From NCBI GenBank assembly GCA_963815115.1, contig CAWFFN010000005.1:576001-640000 (forward strand): a DNA stretch of 64,000 bases, given 5' to 3'. Origin of the DNA: an uncultured delta proteobacterium. Its GTDB lineage: Bacteria; Desulfobacterota; Binatia; DP-6. Below the pieces are notes generated by a model that was given only the letters and a program-made list of their open reading frames with translations, had not been told where the DNA came from and ran no database searches. Position numbers and translations under genes: made by a program. Shown here one piece after another: positions 1 to 9,224 of this stretch. Within the stretch, counting starts at the first letter, position 1; every line of letters begins with the position of its first letter.

Positions 1-64
1 GCCGTCATGGGGGCGCTATGGCCGCGGCTCCCGATCGTGTCAATTGACGTCGACGGCGGTGTGC

Positions 65-1906
65 TCAGTCGAGCTCGGCGGTCCCGTCGACTTCCTGCGC
101 CCGGTCGGTGTCGTCGCCGGTGAGCGTGATCGTCACCTTGTCGAGTACGCCCGTGTAGGGGAAGTGCGGATCCTTGCTGCCGTAGCTCTGTGACACGGGG
201 CTGCCGAGGTCGACACCGATGTCGAAGGTCTCCGAGAGAGAGAAGGTGGAGAGATGCATCTTCGGCATCGTCGTCTCCGCCACCTTCGCGCCGGCGACGT
301 AGAGCGCGCCGACGCCCTGGCCGAGTCCGGTCTTCGTGAAGGCGAACTTCACGTCCACCTTGCCCTTGGGCAGCGGGGGCGACGCGAGGCCGTAGCGGTT
401 CATGTTGTAGGCGTTGTAGTCGTAGTGCAGCCTGCCGTCCTTCAGGTAGAGCGTGTAGCCGCCCGTGAGCCCGCCGCAGGCCACGATGACGCCTGATTCC
501 TTGCCGGTGAGATCGAGCGTCGTCTCGATGGTGTGCGAGCGGTCCTTCACCGGCGCGGAGGTCTTCTCCGCCAGGCGCACGGCGCCGGGCGCGTAGTAGG
601 TGAAGACCTTGCGGTCGCCGAACAGGCGATCCTGCTGCTTTGCGATGCGCATCATGAGGTCGTCGTAGAGCGGATAGACGTTGCCCGCCTGGGCAAGCTC
701 GTCCCATCGCCGCGTGAGCTCCGCGAGCTTCTCCGGATTCTTGTCCGCGACGTTCGCCGACTCCGAGAAGTCCTCGTCGACGTGGTAGAGCTCCCAGGTG
801 TCCTTGTCGAAGGGGAACGTGCCCGCGACGATCCACGGCATGCGGTTGCCGTGCAGGCTCACCGCCTTCCAGCCGTCCTTGTACATGGCACGGTTGCCGA
901 ACTGGTCGTAGAGCTGCTCCGTACGCTGCGAGGGCGCTGCGGCGTCGTCGAACGAGTAGACCAGGCTCTTGCCATCGAGCAGGATCTGCCTGTGGCCATC
1001 GACCTCGTCCAGGAACGGCGTCCTGGTGACCTCGAGAACCGTGGGCGCGAGGTCGGTGATGAACGCGTACTGAGTGCGGATCTCGCCCTTCGCCCTGATG
1101 CCCCTCGGCCAGGAGACGATGAGCGGGTCGGCGATGCCGCCGTTGTGCACCGTCTGCTTGAAGTACTTGAAGGGCGTGTTGCCGGCCATCGCCCAGCCGG
1201 CATGGAAGTGACCGTACGTGTTCGGGCCGCCCCAGTCGTCGTAGTGCTTCATGTTCTCGGCGAGCGTCGTCTGCATGCCGTTCGCCATGATCATCTCGTT
1301 GTGCGTGCCCTCCAGCCCGCCCTCGCCGCTCGAGCCGTTGTCCGACGTGACGATGATGATGGTGTTGTCGAGCTGGCCGGTGCGCTCGAGCGCGGCGACG
1401 ATGCGGCCGATCTGCTCGTCGGTCTGCGTCATCATGCCGGCGAACACCTCCATCTCCCGCGCGTACATCTTCCTCTGCTCCGGCGAGAGGCCGTCCCACG
1501 CGGGGATCGCCTCGGCGCGCGGCGAGAACTGCGTGCCCTTCGGGATGATTCCCATCTCGAGCTGGCGCTCGTGGATGACCTCACGCGCCTTGTCCCAGCC
1601 CGCGTCGAACTTGCCACGATACATGTCGCGGTACTTCTTCTCGACCTGGTGAGGTGAGTGCATCGCACTCGGCGCCCAGAACATCAGGAAGGGCCGATCG
1701 GGCGACGCCGATACGTTCGCCGTGATGTTCTCGATCGCGCGGTCGGCCAGTGCGGTGGTGAGGTGATAGCCGGGTTTGCCGACCCAGTCCTCCGTCGGCC
1801 ACTGATCGTTGTAGAGCAGGGTGCGGTAGTTGTCGGCGTCGGCCGCCATGAAGCCGTAGAAGTGCGAGAACCCTTCCCCGCTCGGCCAGCGGTCCAAGCC
1901 TCTCAC
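65..1906 (-). pseudogene. Arylsulfatase (AtsA/AtsD-like), 5'-truncated
   Basis: Sulfatase-like sequence starts abruptly at DRWPSGEGFSHFYGF (~1894) and continues with PSAMHSPHQ, TSDNG, NTPFKYFK and WELY motifs plus a C-terminal LamG-like extension. The N-terminal metal-binding Asp pair, the C/S-x-P-x-R motif and GKWH are absent. The upstream part of the track ORF is the antisense of bcp. Confidence 0.75.
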
Positions 1907-1987
1907 GACCGGTCGTGCGACGATCCGGGTTGATTCGGGTCGGGTGACGTGAGAAGCCGCGCCCGACGCACCGAAAGGAGAAGTGCG

Positions 1988-2455
1988 ATGGCGATCGAGG
2001 AGGGCAAGGCCGCACCGCCGTTCACCTTGACCGATGCCGAGGGCAAGAAGGTGTCGCTCGAGGACTTCGCCGGCAAGAACGTGATCCTCTACTTCTATCC
2101 CAAGGACGACACGCCCGGATGCACGAAGGAGGCGTGCGGGTTTCGCGACGACTGGAGGGCGCTCCAGAAGGCCAACGCGGTCGTGCTCGGCGTCTCGGCG
2201 GACGACGCGGCTTCGCACCGGAAGTTTCGCACCAAGTACAGGCTGCCGTTCCCGCTGCTCTCCGACCCGGATCGCGCCGTGATGAAGAAGTACGGCGCCT
2301 ACGGCGACAAGATGATGTACGGCAAGAAGACCGTGGGGGTGATTCGCTCGACGGTCTGGATCGGACCCGACGGCAAGGTGAAGAAGCACTGGGCGAGGGT
2401 GGCGAGCGCCGAGGCTCACCCCGCCAAGGTGCTGGAGGCGCTGGGAGCGGGCTGA
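1988..2455 (+). CDS. bcp: Thioredoxin-dependent thiol peroxidase (BCP/PrxQ peroxiredoxin)
   Basis: YFYPKDDTPGCTKEACGFRD motif; SD AAGGAG upstream of ATG 1988. Confidence 0.95.
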   Translation: MAIEEGKAAPPFTLTDAEGKKVSLEDFAGKNVILYFYPKDDTPGCTKEACGFRDDWRALQKANAVVLGVSADDAASHRKFRTKYRLPFPLLSDPDRAVMKKYGAYGDKMMYGKKTVGVIRSTVWIGPDGKVKKHWARVASAEAHPAKVLEALGAG

Positions 2456-2471
2456 GCGCTCGGCTGAACGC

Positions 2472-2873
2472 TCACTCGGGCACGAGCCGGCAGGTCAGCG
2501 GGTGCGACATGTAGCGGATGAAGACGTCGCTCCAGTACTTCTGCCCGATGGCGTCGGCGACGCGGGTCGCCTGATCGGGCGCCGGCTCGCAGCGCACGTG
2601 GTCGAAGTGCTGTCCGGCCACCGTCACCCCGACGAAGGGGGCGCTCTTGCTCTCCTGGACCCGACCCGCTGCACGACCCCCGAGGCGCACGTAGACCTGG
2701 CCGTCGATCACCACCAGCCACACGGGAAACGTGTACGTGCCCTCCGCGGGCACGTCGGTGGTGAGCCGGAGGGTGTTCTCGGCCGTCCAGGATGCCGGGG
2801 TCCAGCCCGCGGGGGCCGCCCAGGAGACGGCGAGCAGCAGGCTCGAGAGCAGCGTCGTGAGGGCAGCGCGCAT
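2472..2873 (-). CDS. Secreted hypothetical protein, split beta-barrel (DUF2255/deazaflavin-nitroreductase-like)
   Basis: Signal-peptide-like start MRAALTTLLSSLLLAVSWA; LRLTT...PVWLVVIDGQVYVR...KY pattern; SD GAGGGG. Confidence 0.55.
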   Translation of the reverse strand: MRAALTTLLSSLLLAVSWAAPAGWTPASWTAENTLRLTTDVPAEGTYTFPVWLVVIDGQVYVRLGGRAAGRVQESKSAPFVGVTVAGQHFDHVRCEPAPDQATRVADAIGQKYWSDVFIRYMSHPLTCRLVPE

Positions 2874-2955
2874 GGCGACTCCCCTCGCATCCCGTGGGGC
2901 CTTCCGCAAGCGCGATTGCTTGACGACGCCCGGGGGACGTGCGACGCAACCACGG

Positions 2956-4230
2956 ATGGCCTGGCTCCTGCTGGGGGTCGCCGTGCTCGGGGCGCTGTCG
3001 GCGTTCAACGTCTACCGGCCGCGCTACCGGCCGGCGTCGCTCGCGCTTCTCAGCTTCTTCTGGGGATGGCTGACGGCCGAGCTGGCCCTGCATCAGATCG
3101 CCCTCCAGGTGCTGCTCGTCGGCGTGCTGGTGGCGGAAGGGGCGCTGCACGCGTTGCCGGGACGGCTGGGTCTCGCGATCGCGATCACGTCGTGGGTTTT
3201 CCTCTGGCGGTTCCACCGCCAGGCGCACCAGGCGGAGGAGGCGGTCGAGCGCGGACTGCGGGACGGCCTCGGCGGCGACTACCGCTCGCAGATCCTGCCG
3301 GTGGCGGCAGAGCGCTTCACCGAAGGCATCGAGTGGCACTCGATCGCGGTCCCGTTCCCCCTCCGGCATCCGCAGGTCGAGCGCGTGCGCAACATCGCCT
3401 ACCTCGACCAGCCCGGGCATCACCTGCGTCTCGACGTCTACCGGCACCGCGATCGTCCCACCGGCTGTCCCACGTTGCTCCAGGTGCACGGTGGAGGATG
3501 GGTGCTCGGCAGCAAGAACGAGCAAGGGATTCCCCTGATGCTGCACCTCGCGTCGCGCGGCTGGGTGTGTGTCAGCGCCGACTACCGCCTGAGTCCGCGG
3601 GCGACCTTCCCGGAGCCCCTCATCGATCTCAAGCAGGCGCTGCGCTGGATCCGCGAGCAGGGTCCCGCCTACGGCGTCGATCCGGATTTCGTCGTCGTCA
3701 CCGGAGGCTCGGCCGGCGGACACCTGGCGGCGCTGGTCGCGCTCACCGCCAACGATCCCGCCTACCAGCCCGGCTTCGAGCACGTGGACACCTCGGTGCG
3801 GGCCTGCGTCGCGTTCTACGGCGTGTACGACTTCACCGACCGCTTCGGCGTGTGGCCCCATCGCGGGCTTTCGCGTCTCCTCCAGCGCCGGGTGATGAAG
3901 GCAGCGTTGACCGACGCCCGCGAGGCCTACGAGCGGGCGTCGCCGATGAGCTGGCTCGGGACGCATGCGCCGCCGTTCTTCGTCATCCACGGCGACCACG
4001 ACACGATGGTCCCGGTCGAGGAGGCACGGCGATTCGTCGCGATGCTGCGCGAGGCGATCCCGGGGCAGGTGGTCTACGCCGAGATCCCCGGCGCCCAGCA
4101 CGCCTTCGAGATCTTCCCCTCCGTCCGCACGATCTTCGTGCTCCAGGGCGTGGAACGCTTCCTCGCCTGGGTCTACAGCCGCTACGCCGCGGGTCGCAAT
4201 CGGGGTGCCGACGAGGCAGCGGCGGGCTGA
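2956..4230 (+). CDS. Alpha/beta hydrolase (HSL-family esterase, LipO/LipQ-like) with N-terminal membrane segments
   Basis: HGGGW oxyanion motif, GGSAGG nucleophile elbow, HGDHD acid and AQHAF histidine. Confidence 0.9.
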   Translation: MAWLLLGVAVLGALSAFNVYRPRYRPASLALLSFFWGWLTAELALHQIALQVLLVGVLVAEGALHALPGRLGLAIAITSWVFLWRFHRQAHQAEEAVERGLRDGLGGDYRSQILPVAAERFTEGIEWHSIAVPFPLRHPQVERVRNIAYLDQPGHHLRLDVYRHRDRPTGCPTLLQVHGGGWVLGSKNEQGIPLMLHLASRGWVCVSADYRLSPRATFPEPLIDLKQALRWIREQGPAYGVDPDFVVVTGGSAGGHLAALVALTANDPAYQPGFEHVDTSVRACVAFYGVYDFTDRFGVWPHRGLSRLLQRRVMKAALTDAREAYERASPMSWLGTHAPPFFVIHGDHDTMVPVEEARRFVAMLREAIPGQVVYAEIPGAQHAFEIFPSVRTIFVLQGVERFLAWVYSRYAAGRNRGADEAAAG

Positions 4231-4289
4231 CCTCGGCAGGCGCCGATTGACACGCCACGCCGCCGGGTTGTAGCGACCGGCGTGGACAC

Positions 4290-4580
4290 ATGGGATCGCT
4301 AGTCGAATACCGCTGTGGAACGTGTAGCTACGCCACCGGCAAGCTGACGGTGGGCTGGGGGAAGGCCGGCAGAGCGAGTTACTGGGGCGGACTCGCCCTC
4401 TGTGACGCCTGCAAGGAGGTCCGGGTGATCGATCTCTCGGACGCCCGCGCCGATCGCCGGGACCGTCGCTGCGCGCACTGCAACGGGCCGCTCAAGATGA
4501 TCGAGGGCATTGCCGAGCGCGTCGCCTGTCCGCAGTGCGGTGCGGCGCTCGCGCCGGCGAGCCTCGGAAGCTGGTCCTGA
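4290..4580 (+). CDS. Small zinc-ribbon protein
   Basis: Four CxxC pairs (CGTC, CDAC, CAHC, CPQC) in 96 aa; TTGACA upstream at 4247. Confidence 0.7.
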   Translation: MGSLVEYRCGTCSYATGKLTVGWGKAGRASYWGGLALCDACKEVRVIDLSDARADRRDRRCAHCNGPLKMIEGIAERVACPQCGAALAPASLGSWS

Positions 4581-5326
4581 GCGACCCGTCCGGCACGCCC
4601 TTCGACGACGTCCTCGACGACGAGGACGAGGAAGACGCGCCGGAGCCCGGCGAGCCGCTCCCGGAGTACGGCGGCGGAAAGCTCGCTGGCCTGATCATGG
4701 TGGCCGCCCTCGTGGTCGCCTATCTCGCCACCGGAACCCGCGAGGCCGCCGGTCACGCCTTCCGCGCCGGCAGCGCCGACGCGGGACGGATCCTGCACGG
4801 CGAGGTCTGGCGCACCGTCACGGCGCTCACGCTCCACGCCGACACCTCGCACCTCGTGGCCAACGCGACCGCGGGCGCGCTCCTCGGCACCGCGGTGTGT
4901 CGCACGCTGGGCGGCGGATTCGGCGCCGCCCTTCTCGTCATCGCGGGCGCCACCGGCAACGCGCTCAATGCCGCCGTACGCGGCCCGGGGCACGTCTCGG
5001 TCGGCGCGTCGACGGCCGTTCTCGCCGCGGTCGGGCTGCTCAGCGGGCTCGCCTTCGTGCGCACGAGGCGAGCGACCGGGCGGCGGCGCCGGGGACGTGG
5101 CGCCTGGGTGCCGCTGGCCGCCGGTCTCGCGCTGCTCGGCATGCTGGGCGCCGACCCGCAGACGGATCTCGGAGCCCACTTCTGGGGGTTCGCCGTGGGC
5201 GTGGCGCTCGGAGTGGGAGCAGGGCTCGCGTTGCCCGTTCCCCCGGGTCGCGGGACGCAAGGGGTGCTCGCCGCTGCCACGATGGCGGCGGTCGCCGGCT
5301 GCTGGTGGCTCGCGCTGCGGGCGTGA
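4535..5326 (+). CDS. Rhomboid-family intramembrane serine protease
   Basis: GEVWR...TLH motif, catalytic GAST and DLGAHFWG, several TM segments. Start is uncertain (possibly CTG 4577 overlapping the upstream stop). Confidence 0.85.
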   Translation: MRCGARAGEPRKLVLSDPSGTPFDDVLDDEDEEDAPEPGEPLPEYGGGKLAGLIMVAALVVAYLATGTREAAGHAFRAGSADAGRILHGEVWRTVTALTLHADTSHLVANATAGALLGTAVCRTLGGGFGAALLVIAGATGNALNAAVRGPGHVSVGASTAVLAAVGLLSGLAFVRTRRATGRRRRGRGAWVPLAAGLALLGMLGADPQTDLGAHFWGFAVGVALGVGAGLALPVPPGRGTQGVLAAATMAAVAGCWWLALRA

Positions 5327-5357
5327 GCCCGCCGCCCGCAGAACGAGTCCCCGAGGA

Positions 5358-6428
5358 TCAGACGCCCGGCAGCGCGCTGCGCGGCGCGAGGTGGTCGCCC
5401 ACCAGCATGCCGCGCTCGCGGTACTTCTCCTCCGTGCGCTCGGTGATCAGGCCGAGTCGCATGAGATTCGGCATCACGGTGTGCATGTAGGGCTCGCTGT
5501 TCACCAGGGACCACTGGTCCCAGTTGTGCGTCGACTGCACGACCGCCTCGGGATCGAGGCCGTACTTCGGGCCGAAGCGATGCAGCATGTCGAGCTGCTG
5601 GTTGGCGTTGAGCGTCTCGAGGATGTTGAACGCGAAGTCCTCGAGCTCGACCAGCGTCTCGGGCTCCGACTCCTTCACCAGTCGGCGCATGGAGAGGATG
5701 CCGAACGCGGCGTGACGTGCCTCGTCCTGGTGCACGCGGTGGATGATGTCCTTGATCAGCGGGTTGGTGTTCGTGCGCTGCACGAGCTCCATGATGCCCA
5801 CGGCCATCCCCTCGAAGAGGGTCTGCATGCCGAGGGTCTTGGCCTGCCAGCTCGACGCCGCGAGCAGCTTGTCGAGCAGCACCTTGAGAGTGGGATCGAT
5901 GGGGTGGATGACACCCATCTTGCGCTGCAGGAACTTCGAGAACGCCTCCACGTGGCGCACCTCGTCGATCACCTGCGAGCCGGCGTACCACTTGGCGTCC
6001 ATGGTGGGGCAGCAATTGACGAGCTGGCCGCAGAGCTGCAGCGCCGCCTGCTCGCCGTGCAGGAGCTGGGAGATCAGGTGCGAGAACTCGTCCCAGGCGG
6101 CCTCGCGACATGTCGCCTCGTCGGCGCCGACCTCGGTGAGGACGCTCGACAGCAATGACGCGCCGATCTGCGGCATGAACCACTCGTCCCGGGGAAGCGG
6201 GGTGGACCAGTCGAGGTCGTCCTCCGCGTTCCACTGGCCCCGCTTGCCGCGCTCGTAGAGGGCGCGCAGCTCCTCGACCTGGCTGCCGTACTCCCACGTC
6301 CAGTGCAGCTCGAGCGGGACGTCGATGTCGAGCTGCTTGCGCAGCCCCTCGATCTGGTTGTCGTCGACGAACTCGACGACCTCGAAGCGGCCGATCGAGC
6401 GGCGATTGTCCTTGAGAATGGCATCCAT
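5358..6428 (-). CDS. Ferritin-like diiron carboxylate protein (AurF/desaturase-like oxygenase)
   Basis: Diiron ligand pattern LHGEQAA / DEVRH / FEGMA / DEARH. ATG 6428 overlaps the tetR stop (TGATG). Confidence 0.85.
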   Translation of the reverse strand: MDAILKDNRRSIGRFEVVEFVDDNQIEGLRKQLDIDVPLELHWTWEYGSQVEELRALYERGKRGQWNAEDDLDWSTPLPRDEWFMPQIGASLLSSVLTEVGADEATCREAAWDEFSHLISQLLHGEQAALQLCGQLVNCCPTMDAKWYAGSQVIDEVRHVEAFSKFLQRKMGVIHPIDPTLKVLLDKLLAASSWQAKTLGMQTLFEGMAVGIMELVQRTNTNPLIKDIIHRVHQDEARHAAFGILSMRRLVKESEPETLVELEDFAFNILETLNANQQLDMLHRFGPKYGLDPEAVVQSTHNWDQWSLVNSEPYMHTVMPNLMRLGLITERTEEKYRERGMLVGDHLAPRSALPGV

Positions 6429-7093
6429 CAATGGGTTCCTCCGGATCCTGGAATGTCGGAAGCGACGACGAGGCCGCGGTGAAGCAGCGCCCGCACCTCG
6501 GCCTTGCGGCGGCGCACCTCGCTCCCGGAGAGCAGCGGCCGGCCGATCATCTCGTTGCCGAAATCGCCCGAGGCGAAGTGGTAGACGGTGGCACCGATGA
6601 GGGTCTGGAGCGTGTGGCCGACGCTTGCCGGCCGGAACACTCCGGTCTCCATGCCCTCCTTCAAGAGCCGGGCGCCCGCACCCGTGATGCGCCGGATGCT
6701 CTCGTTCGCCTCCTGCTCCTCGGGCAGCTCGCCGGCGAGCTCGTCGTCCTCGAACAGCGAGCGCAGGAGGAGGCGGGCATAGGCGGGGTGCTCGGCGAAG
6801 ATGTCGATGATCTCGTCGATCCAGCGGTCGAGCCGCTCGGCCGGCGTGCCCCCGGCGGCCAGCGCCCGCATCAGGCGCACCTCGATGCGGGTCAGGATGC
6901 GCGCGACGACGGCGGCGTAGAGCTGCGCCTTGCTGCGGAAGTGGTGGAAGAGGGAGGACTTTCCGAGGCCGACGCTCTCCGCCACCTCGGCGAGCCCGAT
7001 GCCGGCGAAGCCGCGTCTGGCGAAGAGGGTCTCGGCGCAATCGAGTATCTTGTCGCGCGAGGGTTGCCTGAGCTTCACCGCCTGGGCCGTCAT
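6428..7093 (-). CDS. TetR/AcrR family transcriptional regulator
   Basis: N-terminal HTH ILDCAETLFARRGFAG...VGLGKSSLFHHFRSKAQLY. Confidence 0.93.
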   Translation of the reverse strand: MTAQAVKLRQPSRDKILDCAETLFARRGFAGIGLAEVAESVGLGKSSLFHHFRSKAQLYAAVVARILTRIEVRLMRALAAGGTPAERLDRWIDEIIDIFAEHPAYARLLLRSLFEDDELAGELPEEQEANESIRRITGAGARLLKEGMETGVFRPASVGHTLQTLIGATVYHFASGDFGNEMIGRPLLSGSEVRRRKAEVRALLHRGLVVASDIPGSGGTH

Positions 7094-7133
7094 CGACCGT
7101 CCGTTCGGTACTGGATACCCGACCGATCGGTCG
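7094..7133. promoter_or_regulatory. Candidate TetR operators
   Basis: Perfect 14-bp palindrome CGACCGATCGGTCG (7120-7133) and a related ACCGTCCGTTCGGT box directly upstream of the tetR ATG, just downstream of a minus-strand TTGACT. Confidence 0.6.
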
Positions 7134-7160
7134 AGAGTCAAGCAGGCGATTATGCCTCAC

Positions 7161-7189
7161 TTGACACCCGTGGTCTCATGGGCTAGATT
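7161..7189 (+). promoter_or_regulatory. Sigma70-like transposase promoter with -35 inside the left IR; probably leaderless mRNA
   Basis: TTGACA (7161-7166), 17 nt, TAGATT (7184-7189), then ATG 6 nt later with no SD. Confidence 0.55.
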
Positions 7190-7195
7190 CGCTCC

Positions 7196-8173
7196 ATGGC
7201 CGAGCACGAAGAAGGTTTCGGGAAGCCGCTGACCACGAAGCCCAGCCGCACGCTGGCGCAGATCAAGCGGGAGTTCGCCACAAACGACGCCTGCAAGCGG
7301 TATCTTGTCCAGCTCCGGTGGCCCGGAAAGGTCCACTGCCCTCGCTGTCACAAGGCCGACCGGGTCTATGCGCTCAAGACGCGGCCCTTCCACTGGGTCT
7401 GCAAGAACCCCAGCGACGATTGCCCAGGCATTTACCGCTTCTCCGTCCTCACGGGGACCATCTTCGAGAACACGAAGGTCCCGCTGCGGACGTGGTTCGA
7501 GGTCATCTACCTGATGACGCAGTCGAAGAAGGGCATCAGCGCCTTGCAGGTGCATCGCATCATCGACCCCGTGCGCGGGACGAAGGGCAGCTATCGGACG
7601 GCCTGGTACATGTGCCACCGCATCCGGGCCGCGATGCAGGATGGAGACTTCCTTCAACTGACCGGCATCGTGGAAGTGGATGAGACCTACATCGGCGGGA
7701 AGAACCGGAACCGGCACGGTGGCGGGCGCGGGATGCAGAAGCGCACCGGCAAGCGGAACGTCGCTGGCGGTCTCTACGACAAGGCTCCCGTCGTCGGCGC
7801 CATCGCTCGCAAGGGCAACGTCGTCTGCCAAATGATCGAGATGGTGTCGCACAAGACCCTGACGAACTTCGTCAAAGAGACGGTGTCCGAGAAGGTCGAT
7901 CTGGTCGCCACCGACCAGCATCGCGGGTACGCGCGCCTCGAAAGCATGGGCTTCCCGCATGAGACCGTGAACCACAAGCAGGGCGAGTACGTGCGCGGCA
8001 TCGTCCACACCGCGAACCTCGATAGCTTCTGGTCGCTGCTGAAGCGGGGCATCGTCGGCTCGTTCCACCATGTGTCGCGCGAACATCTGCCGCTCTACCT
8101 CAACGAGTTCAGCTTCCGGCATAACCATCGCCGCGATCCCGACATCTTCGAGGCCGTGCTGGCAGGATGCTGA
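7196..8173 (+). CDS. IS1595-family DDE transposase
   Basis: N-terminal Zn ribbon (RWPG..CPRC...WVC), then VEVDETYIGG, ATDQHRGY, VNH..GEYV, HTANLDSFWSLLKRG and YLNEFSFRHN. Confidence 0.95.
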   Translation: MAEHEEGFGKPLTTKPSRTLAQIKREFATNDACKRYLVQLRWPGKVHCPRCHKADRVYALKTRPFHWVCKNPSDDCPGIYRFSVLTGTIFENTKVPLRTWFEVIYLMTQSKKGISALQVHRIIDPVRGTKGSYRTAWYMCHRIRAAMQDGDFLQLTGIVEVDETYIGGKNRNRHGGGRGMQKRTGKRNVAGGLYDKAPVVGAIARKGNVVCQMIEMVSHKTLTNFVKETVSEKVDLVATDQHRGYARLESMGFPHETVNHKQGEYVRGIVHTANLDSFWSLLKRGIVGSFHHVSREHLPLYLNEFSFRHNHRRDPDIFEAVLAGC

Positions 8174-8183
8174 GGACACGCCC

Positions 8184-8336
8184 ATGCAATCCAAGAAGGC
8201 CCGGCCGAAGGGGAAACCGAGGAAACCCAAGCCGGGCGCCGACAAGCGCGGACGTCTAAAACCCATCAGCCTCCATCCGATGGAGTTCGATGAGGCCATG
8301 AGGCGGCTGGTCTTACCAGCCAGCGAAAAGAAGTGA
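8184..8336 (+). CDS. Small basic IS-associated protein (50 aa)
   Basis: GAGGA SD just after the transposase stop; MQSKKARPKGK...SLHPMEFDEAMRRL; lies inside the IS. Confidence 0.55.
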   Translation: MQSKKARPKGKPRKPKPGADKRGRLKPISLHPMEFDEAMRRLVLPASEKK

Positions 8337-8343
8337 CTGAGAA

Positions 8344-9087
8344 TCATTTGATGGTCAGCGTGACGCTATCCAAGGTGATTGCGAGCGTGTCTACCTGGGC
8401 GATGCGGCCCACCACCAGGATAGGAGTATCTTGGTGAAGAATCTTGAGGTTCGGGTATTCGCTCAACTTCACTCGGAACTTAACGATTTCCGCGGTGGGA
8501 GACGAGACGCTGACCAAAATCCTCGCCATCCCGCCCTCTTCGGTGGATATTGAGCGGAATGCAGCCTCCCACCGTACCCAAATCCCTTCATAGGAGCGGA
8601 GGGCCGTTTCGTGCTCATACGGCGGTCGACGCGATATTTCTTGTCGAATGTCGCTCGGAGTGATCGCGCTGGAAGCATGAGGAGGGGGCGAGGACGACAT
8701 CCTATCGACAACCTCGCCTAGAGTGAGACCGCTGATCGACGCGCGTTGCCCTACGGGCGGTTGGGGCGTCGGCTCCGCCATCGAGGCTAGATTCGGAAAG
8801 AGTGGCAATGGTTCCGCTTTCTGCGAACGACCAGTGCCGGCTCGGGAAGCGGAATAGATCAACCCCAGACCAATCACGATAGTCGCCAGTTGAGCCGGTC
8901 GCGATGTCACGAGCCCAGCCCAATAGGCCCAGTCAGCGGCATTCGATATCGTTCGCCACCACTCCCCCCAAGGAAGGCCGGTGGCAGTCTGATAGCTGCC
9001 GATCAAATCGATCACCCAGCGGACGGGGTAAATGAATACGAGCACCGCGCCGATGATCGCCCGTGTTCTTCGCATCCAGGGCCGCAT
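8344..9087 (-). CDS. IS passenger: membrane protein with possible C-terminal OB-fold-like domain
   Basis: 247-aa ORF in visibly lower-GC DNA with two hydrophobic segments and a beta-rich C-terminus (YEGIWVRWEAAF...ILVVGRI...ITLDSV); starts just inside the right IR. Confidence 0.7.
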   Translation of the reverse strand: MRPWMRRTRAIIGAVLVFIYPVRWVIDLIGSYQTATGLPWGEWWRTISNAADWAYWAGLVTSRPAQLATIVIGLGLIYSASRAGTGRSQKAEPLPLFPNLASMAEPTPQPPVGQRASISGLTLGEVVDRMSSSPPPHASSAITPSDIRQEISRRPPYEHETALRSYEGIWVRWEAAFRSISTEEGGMARILVSVSSPTAEIVKFRVKLSEYPNLKILHQDTPILVVGRIAQVDTLAITLDSVTLTIK

Positions 9088-9224
9088 TCCGACGCGATTA
9101 GCACATCCAACCCCGCGGGTGTCAAGTCAGGCACAATCGCCGTCAAGCACAATCGCCGTCCAGGTCGCGGCCCGATAGTCTGTCTGTCGGTCTACGCAGC
9201 GCTCGCGCTGCGGCCGAGCCGGGT

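Larger units (their letters stand above)
7145..9141 (+). mobile_element. IS1595-family element (ISNwi1-like ends) with passenger genes
   Basis: Left IR GGCGATTATGCCTCACTTGACACCCGTGG (7145-7173) matches the reverse complement of 9113-9141 at 26/29. Flanked by an identical 8-bp direct repeat GTCAAGCA (7137-7144 and 9142-9149). Confidence 0.93.
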
